Below, in pieces: positions 26,916-41,104 of a stretch of 64,000 nt of DNA (position 1 is the first letter of the stretch; each line of letters begins with the position of its first letter). This DNA is from Vicugna vicugna (lineage: Eukaryota): NCBI GenBank assembly GCA_013265495.1, contig MU057487.1:372001-436000 (forward strand), in the 5' to 3' direction. The position numbers and the translations under genes were made by a program. The notes under the pieces were generated by a model. It ran no database searches. It worked only from the letters and a program-made list of their open reading frames with translations, and was not told the DNA's origin.

Positions 26916-28074
26916 GTCTCCTATAAACAAGTGATATTGCTTTAAGAGCATGGCAAAGTCATCAGAAAACTCTTCTGTATAACCCCAATCCAGGTGAAAC
27001 GCAGCTCAAACAAAAGCTCTGTAATGCAAAGTGATGTGGAATGAATGAGTCTTTCCCACCGTAACACAGAAAACCAGGGTAGCCTTACAGCCTCATAACA
27101 AGAGACCTAAGATATTATCCAGTGCAACTGCTTCACTTTATAGATAAGGATACTGGATCCCAGGCAGTCTAGGTACTTGCACATGGTGATAGTTAGACCG
27201 ACGCAGAACCAAGTCCCCATTAGGTTTCATAGGCTCAAATCCAAGGGCACTTTTATTCACTACATTTCCCATATGAGACTCTCATGTCCTCTGAATTAAA
27301 GACAATTTTTCTTTCATAGGCTAATTTCCTTTGACCCAAGGTAAAATCTATTTTGACTTGTTTCAATGGAAATTTTTAGTGATGATGTAAGATACAAAAA
27401 GTGGGGTTAAATAGGAGGAGACCAAGAGCTCAGTAATGGGGTTGGGTTAATTCCACTGAGCAAAAGGTGGCTAAAAGTAGCTGTGTGGCGGGGTTAGGGA
27501 ACAGCTGGCTCCTGCTGAATGTCAGTCCAATGATGCTGGACATTATGTCTCTCTATTACTTTGGGTTCACCTAATGAGCTTGTTCTGTAAGCTGCCTTGT
27601 TTTCTAATACGATGGCTGTTTCTGCAGGGCAGTGTCTTGCTCCCTGCTTTTCAGTGACTGCCTACCTAAAAGTGAGTATTGGCAAAAATAACCCTTCAGG
27701 CAAGATACATTTTAAATGGTTACACAACAAATGCTTTCTCCTCCCCTACAGTAATGTACTTGTAAAATAGTCAGATTGGGGAAGGAAAAAGCTGTTGAAA
27801 AAAACTTTGCTAAGCGGATGCTTACTCTGAGCACTGAGAATATGAAATATGTTTTGCCACAAAGCTCTGGATTATGAAAGAGTGCTGATTCATATTGTTC
27901 TGGAATCACCAAATGCTCAAGCTGTAAGGAACCTTAAAGATCTCCTAGTGTGAACTCCATGTTTTGAACAGGAGCAAAAGGAGACAATGATAAATAACTC
28001 AAGGTCACAGCTAGTTTGAGACAGTCAAGATTTTTGGCTCTTGTCCTGGAATTTTTATAGTGAAATGTCATTTA

Positions 28075-28570
28075 CAGGGTCAAGAAGGTGTTCATCTGCA
28101 AATAACAGGAACCCATCCTAATGGTGGCCTTGCAGATTGGGATTCACCTGTGTCATGCAAGAAGACATCCAGGGGCAGCCAGTGTAATGTAATGATGCTG
28201 CCAGGTGTCTATTAAGCTTTCTGCTCCTCCAGCCTTCATGTGAAGGCTTCATTCTCATATTTGCCCCCTCCCTGTGACAAATACTGCTGCATCTCCAGGC
28301 CCAGGCCCATGTACTTATGTAAAGAAAGAAGGGACAGAAGGCCTAAGAAGATGCCTGACATTGGACCTTTTCAAAATTTTCCCAGAAGCCGCACCTGGCA
28401 ACTTCTGTTTAACTCTCATTGTCTGGAAGTGGGTCACTTCTGCATCTCTAGCTGCAGGGGAATCTGGGAAGGCAGGTACTTTTGGTTATGCACAGTCACC
28501 CCAAACAAAACAGGGGATTTTTTAGTTAAGGAAGGATGGGGAAATGGATAATGCATAGAAAACTACTTGA
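28075..28570 (-). mobile_element. Old MLT1 (MLT1J/K/L-like) LTR
   Basis: ctgcaaataacaggaacccatcctaatggtggc...ctcattgtctggaagtgggtcac...agctgcaggggaatctgggaag. Confidence 0.65.
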
Positions 28571-29559
28571 GTATGAAACATAAAGGATGCTGAAGGTAAG
28601 TCATTAAGGGCATAGTCTTCAGGGTCAGACATATCTGAGTTCAAATTCTGGCTGTGACAATTTTGGTGCAAGTTACTTTACCTTCTCAGGCCTCAGTTTT
28701 CTTTACAAATGGAGGAAATTATGGTGAAATGAGGCAACAAGTTTGTAGTGAAGTCAACAAAGATAATTGTGACATGATAAGATTTCCAGATATTTTCACA
28801 TTTTATCATTGTTTTAGGATCTGGTAACATTCGTGTTGCTTACCCTCCCTGGACCAAGTTATACTTTAATTTCTTTTACCTTCAAAGAGGCAGAATATTC
28901 AGGACACCAAGACACAGAAGCCGGTTAAACAGGTTTTAGTCACCTTCATTCCCTATGACAAATAATGCCCAAATGATAACTTGGACATCATTTACACTGC
29001 TTCTGACACTTTACTCAAAGAGGGAGACTTCAAAGGGCCACCCATCCTGGCCTCAACCTGAAGAGCTTCCTTATCGTGGAGAAGCGATGCCCAGGCCTGC
29101 AGCCCAGACCTCATAGGAATTCACAGCCAACAGGAAGGGAGTGTTCGGAGCCTTTTATATATTATCCTAGGGCAGAAACTCAGTAGATGATGAAATTTAC
29201 ATCTCCCAGACTAAATCTCACTGAGTCTTAAAGAAAAAAAAAAAGGAGACTGACTGCTCCTTTAGTAAATTAGAAGAACTCATATTTCCACATTTCAAAC
29301 AGGAAATCTGTGTATTTTACACCTTCTCTCTCAATCCAGGTAGTTAGATATCACAGGAAGTGGCACAGGGCTTTGGTCAACTTTATTTAAGAACAGTGAT
29401 GATAACATTAGTATTTCTTAGTTCCTTTAGAAAGAAAAAAAATCATTACATTATTTCTATGAGAGGTTAATTTCCCTTCTGGAAATATTTCCTGAATTCC
29501 CTACAATAGTTATGCTTGGCATGATATTCAGGTGAAAACTGTACACTATATCCTTTTAT

Positions 29560-30170
29560 TTCAAACATTTTTATTAATAAAAAAATACATGAGTGGTTGT
29601 AGATAAATGAGAAAACAAAAAGATAAAAACATGGTCATGTATAATTCTACCATCTAAAAACACTTAATATTTTCTTGCATATTCTTCAAACTTTCTATAT
29701 ATGTACACATATATATTAAAATTGGCTTTATGTTTTGCATACTATTTTTTAACTTTTTGTACTTAACAATGTGACATTCCTTTTATATTGAACACACAGA
29801 TTTACATCATCCTAGAAAATGGTTGCATAAGTATTCTTTATACAAATGCATAATAATTGTTTAACTACCTCCTATTGTAAAAAATTTCTTTTGTTATTGT
29901 TTGTTTTGTTTTGCTTTTTGCTTCTGTTATATTTTCCAGTCATGTGTTGTGATGGAGCACATAACTGTATTTGGAACTTGGTGGGCAATGAATTATTTTC
30001 TGAAAACTAAATTTCTGAGATAAATGATATGAATGTAATTTAAAGCGTTACTACTACAAATTTTCCACCAAACAGATGAGGATGGTTTGTACTACCATTA
30101 GAAGTATATAAGAGTGCTTATTTCCATGAACTCTTGCCAACACCAGGTATTATCATTAAAAAGTATACTA
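29560..30170 (-). mobile_element. L1ME 3' end
   Basis: tgcatactattttttaactttttgtacttaacaatgtg...cattagaagtatataagagtgcttatttccatgaactcttgccaacac. Confidence 0.7.
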
Positions 30171-30844
30171 TAGTGTGCATATGTTTGTGTTGGGGGTACT
30201 TTTTCTGAACTTGTAACTAGATAGAATTTTCCCAGTTGTGATTGTATATTCAGTATCACATAGACAGGGATAGTGAATAAGTGTGAAAGGGGCTGCTTCT
30301 GTGAACCTATTTCCTCCATGTGAAAACTGAAATGGAAAAATGCTGCTTTTCTGCAAGAATGATGATGTCTCTTTGTATTTTTAATACCAGTTAAATTTTG
30401 CTTTCTCTGAACTTCTTTCTCCGTATTGTAAAGAAGTTGAGTTGGAGAAACAACAAACTGGGTTATTACATAAAACTTTAAAATAGATACAATGCCTGAT
30501 ACTTAAAGAAGATTCAGTGACAGAGACTCAAACACAGACTTTTGAATGCATCATGTAGACACCAAGAGTCCAAAATAAAAAGGGAAAGGAATTGCTTTGT
30601 GCAAGCATGGCAGAAAAAGTAATCTAGGGGCAAGTTGGGAACAAGGTGACCATGAGAGAAGAATGAAGCATTTCAGTTACAGAAACAGTCTCAAGCTTGG
30701 GTTTTATAAATAGGAACACAGAAATACAGGAATCTAAAGCTCTTGAGTCAATGATAAAGCCTTATGTCCAGTTTTAGATTCCACAACTTTAGAGAAACAT
30801 GGAGAGTAAAAGTAGGCACCATTCCTTGAGTTTCTTTCTGTATT

Positions 30845-31040
30845 CCAGCAACATTGCATTCATTAACAAATATAATGTAATAATTACAAGTCTTTGAGAT
30901 GCATATTATGACCCCCATTTTACATAAAAGGAAACCTAAGCTTAAAGAAAATCCTTTAAGGCTGCCTATCCCCTCATTTAGTGTCCAAGATTGAAACGAG
31001 GTTGGTCTGCCTCCAAGGCTCATCCTCTTATTCACTCAGC
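30845..31040 (-). mobile_element. MIR SINE
   Basis: attatgacccccattttacataaaaggaaacctaagctta core. Confidence 0.7.
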
Positions 31041-31399
31041 TATAAGGCATGCTTGAAAACATGATGCGGCAAAAGGGCAAAGATTAATCAATCCTATTGC
31101 TTAGAGATGACAGTAAATTTCTGTTGAATCTCCTTCTTCCACCTGGATACTGTAACTATACCTACCAAACTGAGATAATTAGAGGTGGGGTTGGAAAATT
31201 GCTGATAAAAAGAATTTTGTTTTCTCTGACTGCATTCTGTGAGACAGTTCCTTCATTGACCTTGCATATAAATTCCCTTATGTGCCCTAAGGCAGGTGAT
31301 GACTCACTCACCTCTGACTGACCAGACCTATAAAGCTGACTGCAGGTGTGAGGATGAAAGCAAGGGAACCATATTTTTCTACACGTTAAATGGGAGAAC

Positions 31400-31740
31400 C
31401 AAAGAAATTAAAAAGTTGCCAGGAAAGGTTAAAATATTAGGAATTTTTTTCCCTAGGAGAAGAAAAAGCTGAATTGTGGCTTTCAGAAAGACTTAAAAAA
31501 CAAGAAGGAAATACAGAATTCAAACCAGCTGATATCTGTCTCCACTGAGAATGAAGAGGAAATGAATTTAGATTTTGTTGTACAAGATTTAAGTCACAGA
31601 GAACTTTCTGATAGTAATGGTTGTTGAATATTGCAGTAGGTTTCCAGAAGGTGCTGTGAAATCAATTTCCTTCATCATAATTCTTTTAAAACTGGGGTAT
31701 TATCTTATTTGTCCAAAGTGTCCAAAGAGGCAGAAAAGTC
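31400..31740 (+). mobile_element. CR1/L3 3' fragment
   Basis: ggttaaaatattaggaattt...ctaggagaagaaaaagctga...gaactttctgatagtaatggttgttgaatattgcagtagg. Confidence 0.6.
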
Positions 31741-32859
31741 CATTTTGAGAACCTCGGATAGGGACTAGCCCATGACCCAAGGGCTATCATTCCAGGGGAG
31801 CCTAAGACTACTATAGAATACAAAAGAAGGAATGTAAACATAAAATAAGGCAGCGATTAAGGGATTAAGCATAAAACAAGAGAATCTTTCAAAGTGATAG
31901 CATTCCTTTTTCAAGGAAACTGAAGAAATATTTACATATTTTCCCTGTATCAGTGTTTCCCATCATATCACTGATGTGTGTTTATGTGGGGATGAGACAC
32001 TGAATGCTGCTGTTTTGACTAAGATAATTTATAAAGATGCAATAACAGAATTTGGACTTCATTCAGTTTAATGGCTGAAATGTTATTTTAGCCACCAAAT
32101 GGAGTTCAGTTTGTTTCTTAAATTTCGCAATATTTTAAGAGTAGAAGAGAAACAATCAATATAAGAACTAGTGTTCAGTGCCTACTTTTCACCATGACAG
32201 TTCATACAGGTGATTATGAAATACAAGACAGTTTTGTTTCATAGCTTGATTGCTCAGTGAATCTTACGTACCAAAGCACTACAAAATTATTCTTTTACCA
32301 ATGAATGCCTGTTAATCTGGTCTGATAATAATTATATCTAACCTCTTCAAAAAATTATGTGTAGCTTAGAAAATTCCAAGTTTTAGCCTTTTTCTTTCTC
32401 TTGAGATAGTTCTATTTTTAGTGCCTTACTAAACTTTGCCTTTGTATAGACAATAATCTCCATTTCTATTATGTTTAAATACTTTTATTATTCAAACTAT
32501 AGGGATTTCTACATAAATCCCATATTCTCTCTCATTAATCTCATATACATTCTGTTAAAAAGCGTGTTTTTTAGAATATCTTGATTTATCTCTGTAAATC
32601 TTTTCATCATATAATTTAGAAATTGAGATTTTTCAACATGTTTCAATTTTATATTTTATAGGTTTTGTCAGATGTCACTCTTCCCTCTCTCTCTCACTCT
32701 CTAGGTTTTAGGCAACATCATAACAGTGATAAAGTCTGTAATAAAATCTGCTACGACACAGCAGCATATAGCACGTTTCCATGTTGCAATCTTGTAGTGG
32801 TATGCCAGATGCTTCACTAGAGATCTGCTATATAGAGTGTCATTCTATAAACCATGAAC

Positions 32860-33460
32860 CTTCTGCTCCAATGGAACTTCTGTACTTATTGCCTCTAAAA
32901 ATACCTTTTGTGGATTCTCATTCACTTCCATTCACCCTGAAAGCCAATTCATTGCTTACATTATTCAAGAACTCAGTTTCATTCCTACTTTTCCCAAAAG
33001 GTATTCTCTGATCATCTCTGATCTCTCATTCTGAAATTTAGTATTGTGGTATTTTTTCATCTCCCACATAGCATATACAGCTTGGTATTGTTGCTGTATT
33101 TTGTGTGCTTGTGTCATGCCTTCATAACTGTATTATAAGTCCATATAGGAGGCAGTATAAAATGGTGGTTATGAGCAAGAACTTCTGAGTCAGATGTTAA
33201 ATCCTACACTCATCACGGTTTGTTCTTGGGCAAGTTACATAATCTCTTAAAGCTTCCATGTCCTAATCTGAACTATAACTTCTATAGGGAGTTGTTGTGA
33301 TGAATAAGTGAAATGGTTAGGTATTTAGCACAGTGCCAAACATAAAGTAAGTATTCATCAAATTGAAGGCAAAGCCAATGCCCAGTAATTCAAGGCAACT
33401 CTTGAAAGTGCAGAACCTAAGAATTTTTTTCAAGTTGAGAGCTCAATAAACAATTTGATA
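32860..33460 (+). mobile_element. L2 3' end with a nested MIR (33150-33362)
   Basis: ggaggcagtataaaatggtggttatgagc...ttgggcaagttacataatctct; L2 tail ctcaataaacaatttgataattgaatgaa. Confidence 0.65.
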
Positions 33461-33807
33461 ATTGAATGAAAATATGGTGCTCCCTACCAGAACTGAGTAA
33501 TAACAATTATATAGTTCTTCTAAGAGTTTTATAATAAGTCAGCTATTTATCCATCCACAACTCCTTCTAGGGCTGCACAGAGAAGTATCTAAATAAGTTC
33601 TTCACTACTAGGAAAGTCAAGATGAAGCTTGGGTAGTCAGATGGAAAGGGGAGAAGAGGCAGAGCATGGGTTCTGTGCTGAATGTTTTATTTTCAGTCTG
33701 ACATTATTTGCTCATGACCTCATAGACAGGCAAAGGGTACATGTCCCCTAGTTTTCTTTCTATCTATGGAAAATCTGTTTGTATAAGATCCAGAATAAAA
33801 GCACTTT

Positions 33808-34709
33808 ATTTTTTCCCAAACTTTTGAGGTATAATTGACAAAAAATAGTATATGTTTAAAGTGTACAACATGGTAATTTGATATACATATACACTGTGAA
33901 ATGATTACCACAGTCCAGTTAATTCACACATCCATTACCTCATGTAGTTATCTCTTTTGTTATTGTTTTTCTAAGGACATTTAAGATCTACTCTCTTAGC
34001 AAATTTCAAGTATACAATATATATTATTAGCTATAGACTGTTATTTGTAATATATATCATCAACTGTCTAGTCACTGTGCTGTACATTCGATCCCCAGAA
34101 CTTAACCATCTTATAACTGAAACTTTGCAGTCTTTGACTGACATCTTTCCAGTTTCTCCATTCCACAACTTCTGGTAACTACTGTTCAACTCTCTGGATC
34201 TATGAGCTTGACTTTTTCAGATTTCACATATAAGAGAGATCACATAGTATTTGTCTTTCTATGTCTAGCTTATTTCACTCAGCATAATGTCTTCCAGGTT
34301 CATCCATGTTATTGCAAATGGTGTCATTACCTTCATTTTTATACAAATATTCCATTTTTATGGCTAACATTTCATTGATAATGTTTCACTCAATTATATG
34401 TAATATATATGTAATATAACATTTATTATATTTGCTTTCTCCATTCACCCATCGATAGACATTTAGATTATTTCTATATCTTGGCTATTGTGAATAAGGC
34501 TGCAATAAACATGGTAGTGCAGATATTTCTTTGAGATACTGATTTCATTTCCTTTGGATACACACCTAGTAGTGGGATTACTGGATCATATAATTGTTCT
34601 TTTTTTAGATTTTTGAAGAACTTCACACTGTTTTCTATAATGGCTATACCAATTTATATTCCCACCAACAGTGTACAAGGGTTCCTTTTTCTCCATAGTC
34701 TTGCCAACA
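33808..34709 (-). mobile_element. L1MA9/10-like 3' end (~0.9 kb)
   Basis: ttgaggtataattgaca...ctctcttagcaaatttcaagtatacaat...ttcccaccaacagtgtacaagggttccttttt; gcacttt repeated at both ends. Confidence 0.85.
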
Positions 34710-35408
34710 AGAGGCACTTTTTTTAGGCAGCTCTTCCTGATTCTTAACCCAAAGCATCTTTATTAGATATTTACATTCAACTTTGTCGTGTCAGTAGTTC
34801 TGTTGCTACTAAATGAAAGCTACATGATTTTAAGCTTCTTGGAGGTGATTTTCTTCCTCTTTTGTATCTAGTACTATCATCAATATGAGTACAAATAAGA
34901 TAATATTTATGAACGCAATGTTTAAAGTACAAAGATTTATAAGAGTACAAGTTATTTTTCTTGTTCTTATATTAGAGCTTCTCTTATAGATATGTACATG
35001 CTAGTTTGGAATCTCTTAGACTTTATAAGAGAAATGAGCAATTTAAGCATGGTTCAACACTTGATACTCAAATCTCAATCAATTTGTAAAGAATTGCTAT
35101 CCAAATAAGAAAATATGAATAAAGAAATTGAAATAAGTATTTCATAGAACTAATTGATCCTTGACCCATGCTGACATCTTTTTTTTTTTTTTGGTTATGA
35201 AAACATACACATTTAATTCTTTATTGCTATTAAGAGAAACAAGCAGTAACTTAGGAGTCAAGTAGACTGTTCCAGTTCTAACATAAATAAACTTCCTGCC
35301 TATTGGTGAGCTTTACATCTCTATGGCTCAGTGCTCTTGTCTGTAACCTGAAGGGTTTGAACAGAGTATGTCTAAGGCATTTAATAAATTTAAAACACAG
35401 GATTTTCT

Positions 35409-36365
35409 AAACAACCCAATCCAAAAATGGGCAGAAGACCTAAACAAGCAATTCTCCAAGGAAGATATACAAATGATCAAAAAGCACATGAAAAATGCTC
35501 AGTATCACTAATTATCAAAGAAATGCAAATCAAAACTACAATGAGGTATCACCTCACACCAGTCAGAATGGCCGTCATTCAAAAATCCAAAAATGACAAA
35601 TGCTGGAGAGGCTGTGGAGAAAGGGGAACCCTCCTACACTGCTGGTGGGAATGCAGTTTGGTGCAGCCACTATGGAAAACAGTGTGGAGATTCCTCAAAA
35701 GACTAGGAATAGACTTACCATATGACCCAGGAATCCCACTCCTGGGCTTGTATCCAGAAGGAAATCTACTTCAGGATGACACCTGCACCCCAATGTTCAT
35801 AGCAGCACTATTTACAATAGCCAAAACATGGAAACAGCCTAAATGTCCATCAACAGGTGACTGGATAAAGAAGAAGTGGTATATTTATACAATGGAATAC
35901 TACTCAGCCATAAAAACTGACAACATAATGCCATTTGCAGCAACATGGATGCTCCTGGAGAATGTCATTCTAAGTGAAGTAAGCCAGAAAGAGAAAGAAA
36001 AATACCATATGAGATCGCTCATATGTGGAATCTAAAAAACAAAAACAAAAACAAACAAACAAACAAAAACAAAGCATAAATACAGGACAGAAATAGATTC
36101 ATGGACAGAGAATACAGACTTGTGGTTACCAGGGGGGTGGAGGGTGGGAAGGGATAGACTGGGATTTCAAAACTGTAGAATAGATAAACAAGATTACACT
36201 GTATAGCACAGGGAAATATACACAAAATGTTATGATAAATCACAGAGAAAAAAATGTGACAATGAGTGTGTATATGTCCATGGGTGACTGAGGGATTGTG
36301 CTGAACACCGGAGTTTGACACAACATTGTAGAATGATTGTAAATCAATAAAAAATGTTAAAAAAA
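35409..36365 (+). mobile_element. Young 5'-truncated camelid L1 (end of ORF2, 3' UTR and poly-A)
   Basis: ORF2 C-terminus with [18 protein letters not shown] knuckle, stop at 36033-36035, AATAAA at 36346-36351. Perfect 17-bp TSD aaaacacaggattttct (35392-35408 and 36366-36382) at a TT/AAAA site. Confidence 0.96.
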
Positions 36366-36959
36366 AAAACACAGGATTTTCTTATTCAAATGCATGGAAC
36401 ATTCTTGCTCATTTATTATGCATGTATTTTGGTTAAAAAGTAAAATCATTCTTGTGATTGTAGTCCAAAGGTGGGCACCTTAGCTGTAGAGTTGCTTCCC
36501 TTGTAACACCATCTTCTGATGCATTTTCAGTGCCTTTTGCTGAAAGAGTTGGCTGGTGATGTCTAGGTACCTTGTAAATTCCTGAACCTGCATTTATTGT
36601 GAGTAAGCGGCATCTGAGTTCCTTCCTCGTGCCCTCTTCTGCAGACAGATGAGGCATTCACTTGCCAGCTGCAGTTTCCCCCTTATAATTAGTCAATGCC
36701 TCTTGTCTGAGCTGTGATGTCCATGGAGCCGAGGATTTCGCCATGTGTTAAATCTTCCATTTGGTCTTCACTGGCCTGCATTAGGCCACTGAAGGTGGTT
36801 AAATGAAGAGGAAAATACATTAATTTGGTAATTTAATCTTATGAAACAGGAAACAAAAATTTTTTCTGTTCAAAAATACAAAAAAAAATTATTAGGTTTC
36901 ATTACAATATCTATGAAACTTTTATAGATGTTGAGATTTAAGTCCTAAGTTCTTTTTGG

Positions 36960-37285
36960 ATATCATTGCTTTAAAATAAATTTTTACATAACTATTGCTG
37001 TATGTGATATTTATCTTGTAAAATTTTGAAAGCTACTGCCAAATTGTCCACCAAAATTTGAACTACTTTCGCCAGCAGTGAATATATCGGTGCCTTGCCA
37101 ACACTGAATATTATTAATCTTTGAAATTCTGGCAATCTGATAGGTAAAAAAATAGCATTTTGATAAATGACACTCTCTTCATATTTAATGAGATTAGTGA
37201 TTTTTAAAACATGCTTATTACCCACTTTTACTTACTTTGTTTCAACTGCTTGTTTATAACTTTTGCCATTTTCTGTTGGGCTGTT
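36960..37285 (-). mobile_element. Old L1ME ORF2-end fragment
   Basis: ctactgccaaattgtccaccaaaa...ccttgccaacactgaatattattaatctt...caatctgataggtaaaaaatagcat. Confidence 0.7.
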
Positions 37286-37289
37286 GTAA

Positions 37290-40100
37290 CAAATGTACTT
37301 TTACCATGCATTTAATGTCTAGAACTACTCTAAATACTAAGACTGTATCATTGAACAAGTCACAAAAGGGTGTACTTATGGAATTTATATTTCTAGGAGG
37401 AAAATAAAAAATAAATAAGAAAAAAATTCAGGTAAATTTACTAAGATGAAATCAAGGGACATGCTCAGTATTTACTGGGAGGTGACTTTAAGATAACTGA
37501 TCACAAATGGCTTTTCAGAGGATCTTTTTGTGTTGAGACATGATTGACAATAAACATCTGTACAAGTACCTCTTTTTGGATGATAGAAACAGCTAACATA
37601 GAGGCATGAGTGAGTTTAGGGTATACTAGGAAGAGAAAAAGGCCACAGAACTGGCTTAGCCCATGTACAGCCTGATAATCCAGGGTAAAGAGATTTGGCA
37701 TCATTCCAAATATACTGGGAAATGATTGGAGCTTTCTGCAGGGGAGTGATATAATCTGATTTATACCTTAACAGATCTGTTTTCTAAGTGTGGAATGAAT
37801 CATTGAGGACAAGATTGAAAGCAAGAAGACCAATCAGGGGACTAGGATAGTTGTCTAGGCAAGAACTGATAAGTTACTTAGGGTAGAGGATGCTGTCAGT
37901 GGCCTGCCCAGGTTGCCTCTACCTGTCTGGTGAACTGATCTCCCAGCTACTGGAGAGCAGGCTTCTACCAATCCCAGCTGTCTCCTTCCTGGGAGGCTAT
38001 ACCTCCCTTCCCCTCTCATGGACCTTATACAGTAATGGATGGACAAAGGGGTCTGCTTGCTTAAAGAGGAGGTTAAATGTGTAGTACAATTTGTCCCTTT
38101 CCTTGTGAAATCAGATGAAGCTAACCTTTAGCTGAGATGACATTCCTACTTAGTATTCCCCTCTTGTTCTTCCCTGAATCTCTCTCTCCTCTTCTCAATA
38201 AGTAACTTGAACAAGAAACTTCATCTCAATTCTGTTTTTAGGGAACCTAACCTAAGACACTTGGTTTAGGGTGCCATAGGTTGAAATGAAAGAGAGAGAC
38301 TGAATTAGGAATGTTTTAGAGATAAAGTCTGCAAGAATATACCAGAAATATGAGAGAAAGACAGCAATTAGAACAGCTCCTAAATTTTGTTATTGAGCAG
38401 CTGGATGGATAATGGCACTATTTACTAATAGGAGATGTCTGAGAGGAGCAGTTTTGCAAGTTGGAGAAAGAGAAGTTATTTTTCAGATATGTTAAGTTTG
38501 AAATGTCTATACATGGATATGTCAGGTAGGCAATTGAATACACTAATCTTTTGCTCTAAAGGACAGTCCAGTCTGAAGATTTATATTTGGGATTCAACTG
38601 TTGTATTCAAATGGTGTTTGAAGGAATTTGACTCAATGAGGGTAATTAGAGTGAGTGTACAGGTGAGGAAGAGAAAGTTTCCCAGGACTGAGTCCTGGCA
38701 TGATGATATTTAGAAGTTGAGCAGAAAAGAGAAATCTAGCAAATACATTGGGGAGTGGTCAATGAATGAAGAGGGAACCATGAAGGGGTTATATCACAGA
38801 AACTGAGAGGATACAGTATTTCAAGGAGGTTGTGGCCAACTGTTGAAGGCAGCTGAGTGGTTGATGAAGATGAAGACAGAGAACAGATTATGGGATATAG
38901 CAACAGAGAACCTACTGATGACCTTGACAAGAAAAGAGTTTAACAAGAAGAAGGTACTGAGGTGACGGGAGTGAATGGTAATGGGGAGGATGGGATCTGA
39001 TGAAGCAAACACAGTGAGCCAGAAAACTATCATTGCTGTGAATAGGAATAGTGAATGAGGTAATAACTCAAGTAGGACAAAGAATCCAAGTTTTTTTTTT
39101 TTGATTGACACTACTAGAGGGGAGAAATTGATTTTACAAAAGAGAGGGAACAATTGCAGAAGGAAGTCCTCGAATAGACAAAAAGCGATTGGAACTAGTG
39201 TTCGTGAGCAGGAGTTGGCTTTATCCTGAAGAAGAAACACTTCAAATTTGCAATAGGAGGGATGCCAGAGAATGAGTGCCAATAAAAAAAGTTTCATGGA
39301 TGTTGTGGTATGTGGCTGAATTAGTTCTTGTCTGATTGTTTTTGTGTTTTTATTGAAAAGTGAAATGAAGATCCCAGCTGAGATGGGGGTCAGAGGAGGG
39401 ATCAGTAATTTAAAGAATTGAGGATAGAAGAATAAAGATGAAATAATCATGTTAGGGACTAGGAATGTTTATTTATGGGAAGATGTAGTATAATTTCCTT
39501 GCACTATTGAGTACCCCTTTTGGTATGTATGCTTATGAACTTTAATTAAAACCAGTCATCAAGGTTGTGAGTTTTTCACCAGCCATGTTCAGGTGCTCAG
39601 GTGTAGACATGGACTAGGTGACTAGTTTGGTTTAACTAGCATTAGGGGTTTTTCAGAAAAACACAAGGGAGTTAAAGAATTTTCAAGAGAGTAATTATGA
39701 GAATAGACTATGTGATCTAAGCTGGGCTAAGAAGCAAACCAGAGGGAGGATGGAAAAAAAGGGAGGTGAACAATTTGAGATTTTTATGAGGTTGAAGAAA
39801 TGGTGGAGTAGTGGTAGTGAAATATATAAGCTTGAAAGGTAAGAGGACATAGAGACTGGGATGTTTTATATCCACATTCAGAGTTATTAGAAACATTTAT
39901 GATAGTGAGGTAAAAAGTGTGAACATGAAAGTAGGTGGGTTCCAGGAAGTGTAATTGGATGCAGGAGGCTGAGAAACTGAGATTATGATATTGGATCATC
40001 TACATTGGTATCAAAATCCCCAAGTTGGGGAGGGGAGTAGAGGTGTAGAGGACACTAAGGGGGGTCATCAGTGAAATACAAAGATGGGGGGTTGACATAA
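37290..40100 (-). mobile_element. Long L2 (~2.4 kb) including degenerate RT, split by an LTR16-like LTR
   Basis: Purine-rich antisense L2; - strand translation FSVFIFINHSAAFNSW resembles the L2 RT motif SVLILLDLSAAFDTV. Confidence 0.8.
37882..38259 (+). mobile_element. LTR16-like (ERVL) solo LTR
   Basis: Ends catctcaattctgtttttagggaacctaacctaagaca; 5-bp flanks cttag and cttgg are consistent with a decayed TSD. Confidence 0.7.
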
Positions 40101-40738
40101 TGTGGTATTTCTTTTATTTTATTGATTTCTATGAGTTCTTAGCTTTTTAAACTATATTTTATTATGAGAATAATATTAAGATAAAAATCAAAACATAAGA
40201 CCAAACCTCTCATAATCCCATCACTTCATTAGAGGGTGGTGGGTTTTGACTAAGCCCTATAACTGTTTTTTGTCTGCTTATTTTGGCCTAGCCAGGTGTT
40301 CTATTTGCTTTGCTTACTTACTCTTTGTGAAAATATTGTAGGACTTGCTATCACCGTGACTATCTGCCTGGCAGCCAGCAGAGGCAAGCCCTCAAATGAA
40401 CAAGTCTCGTCATGCTGGTTGACCTCCTACCCCAATGTGCTGATCTCTCCCACATTGCTAACATCTGGGACAACTATTAATAATTGTTGTAAAATTGGGC
40501 AGCTGTCCTTCATTTCTCAAAACCTGTTTCACCGTGGACATCCCAGTTATATAGTTTCCCTTTATTTCCTCAGAGTTGATAATTTGATTACATTTGATTA
40601 TTCTCTTTAATCCATCCAGATCTTCCTTCAGTCCCAGTTATATTCACAAATTATTTGGCAGATCTGTCTTCTCCATTCTCTGTGACTAATGAGCCCTTAT
40701 TCTAGCTTGTAAGTGCTGCTGCTGCCAGGTTGGGTTGA

Positions 40739-41014
<276 letters not shown>

Positions 41015-41070
41015 TAAGTCTTAATCTCTTTGTCTCTCTCCCTGTCTTTCACACACACATCACACGTGCG

Positions 41071-41072
<2 letters not shown>

Positions 41073-41104
<32 letters not shown>
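41073..41104 (+). repeat. (CA)16 microsatellite within a compound CT/CA tract (41025-41105)
   Basis: Pure cacaca run counted directly; starts 60 nt after the exon end. Confidence 0.95.

Noticed and set aside
35427..36035. 202-aa ORF as a host gene
   Set aside because: C-terminus of L1 ORF2 inside a TSD-flanked truncated insertion; the first ~23 residues are an out-of-frame reading.
38821..39450. 209-aa minus-strand ORF
   Set aside because: Lies in decayed L2, with only a trace of an RT motif and low-complexity L/F/S composition; not an intact RT gene.
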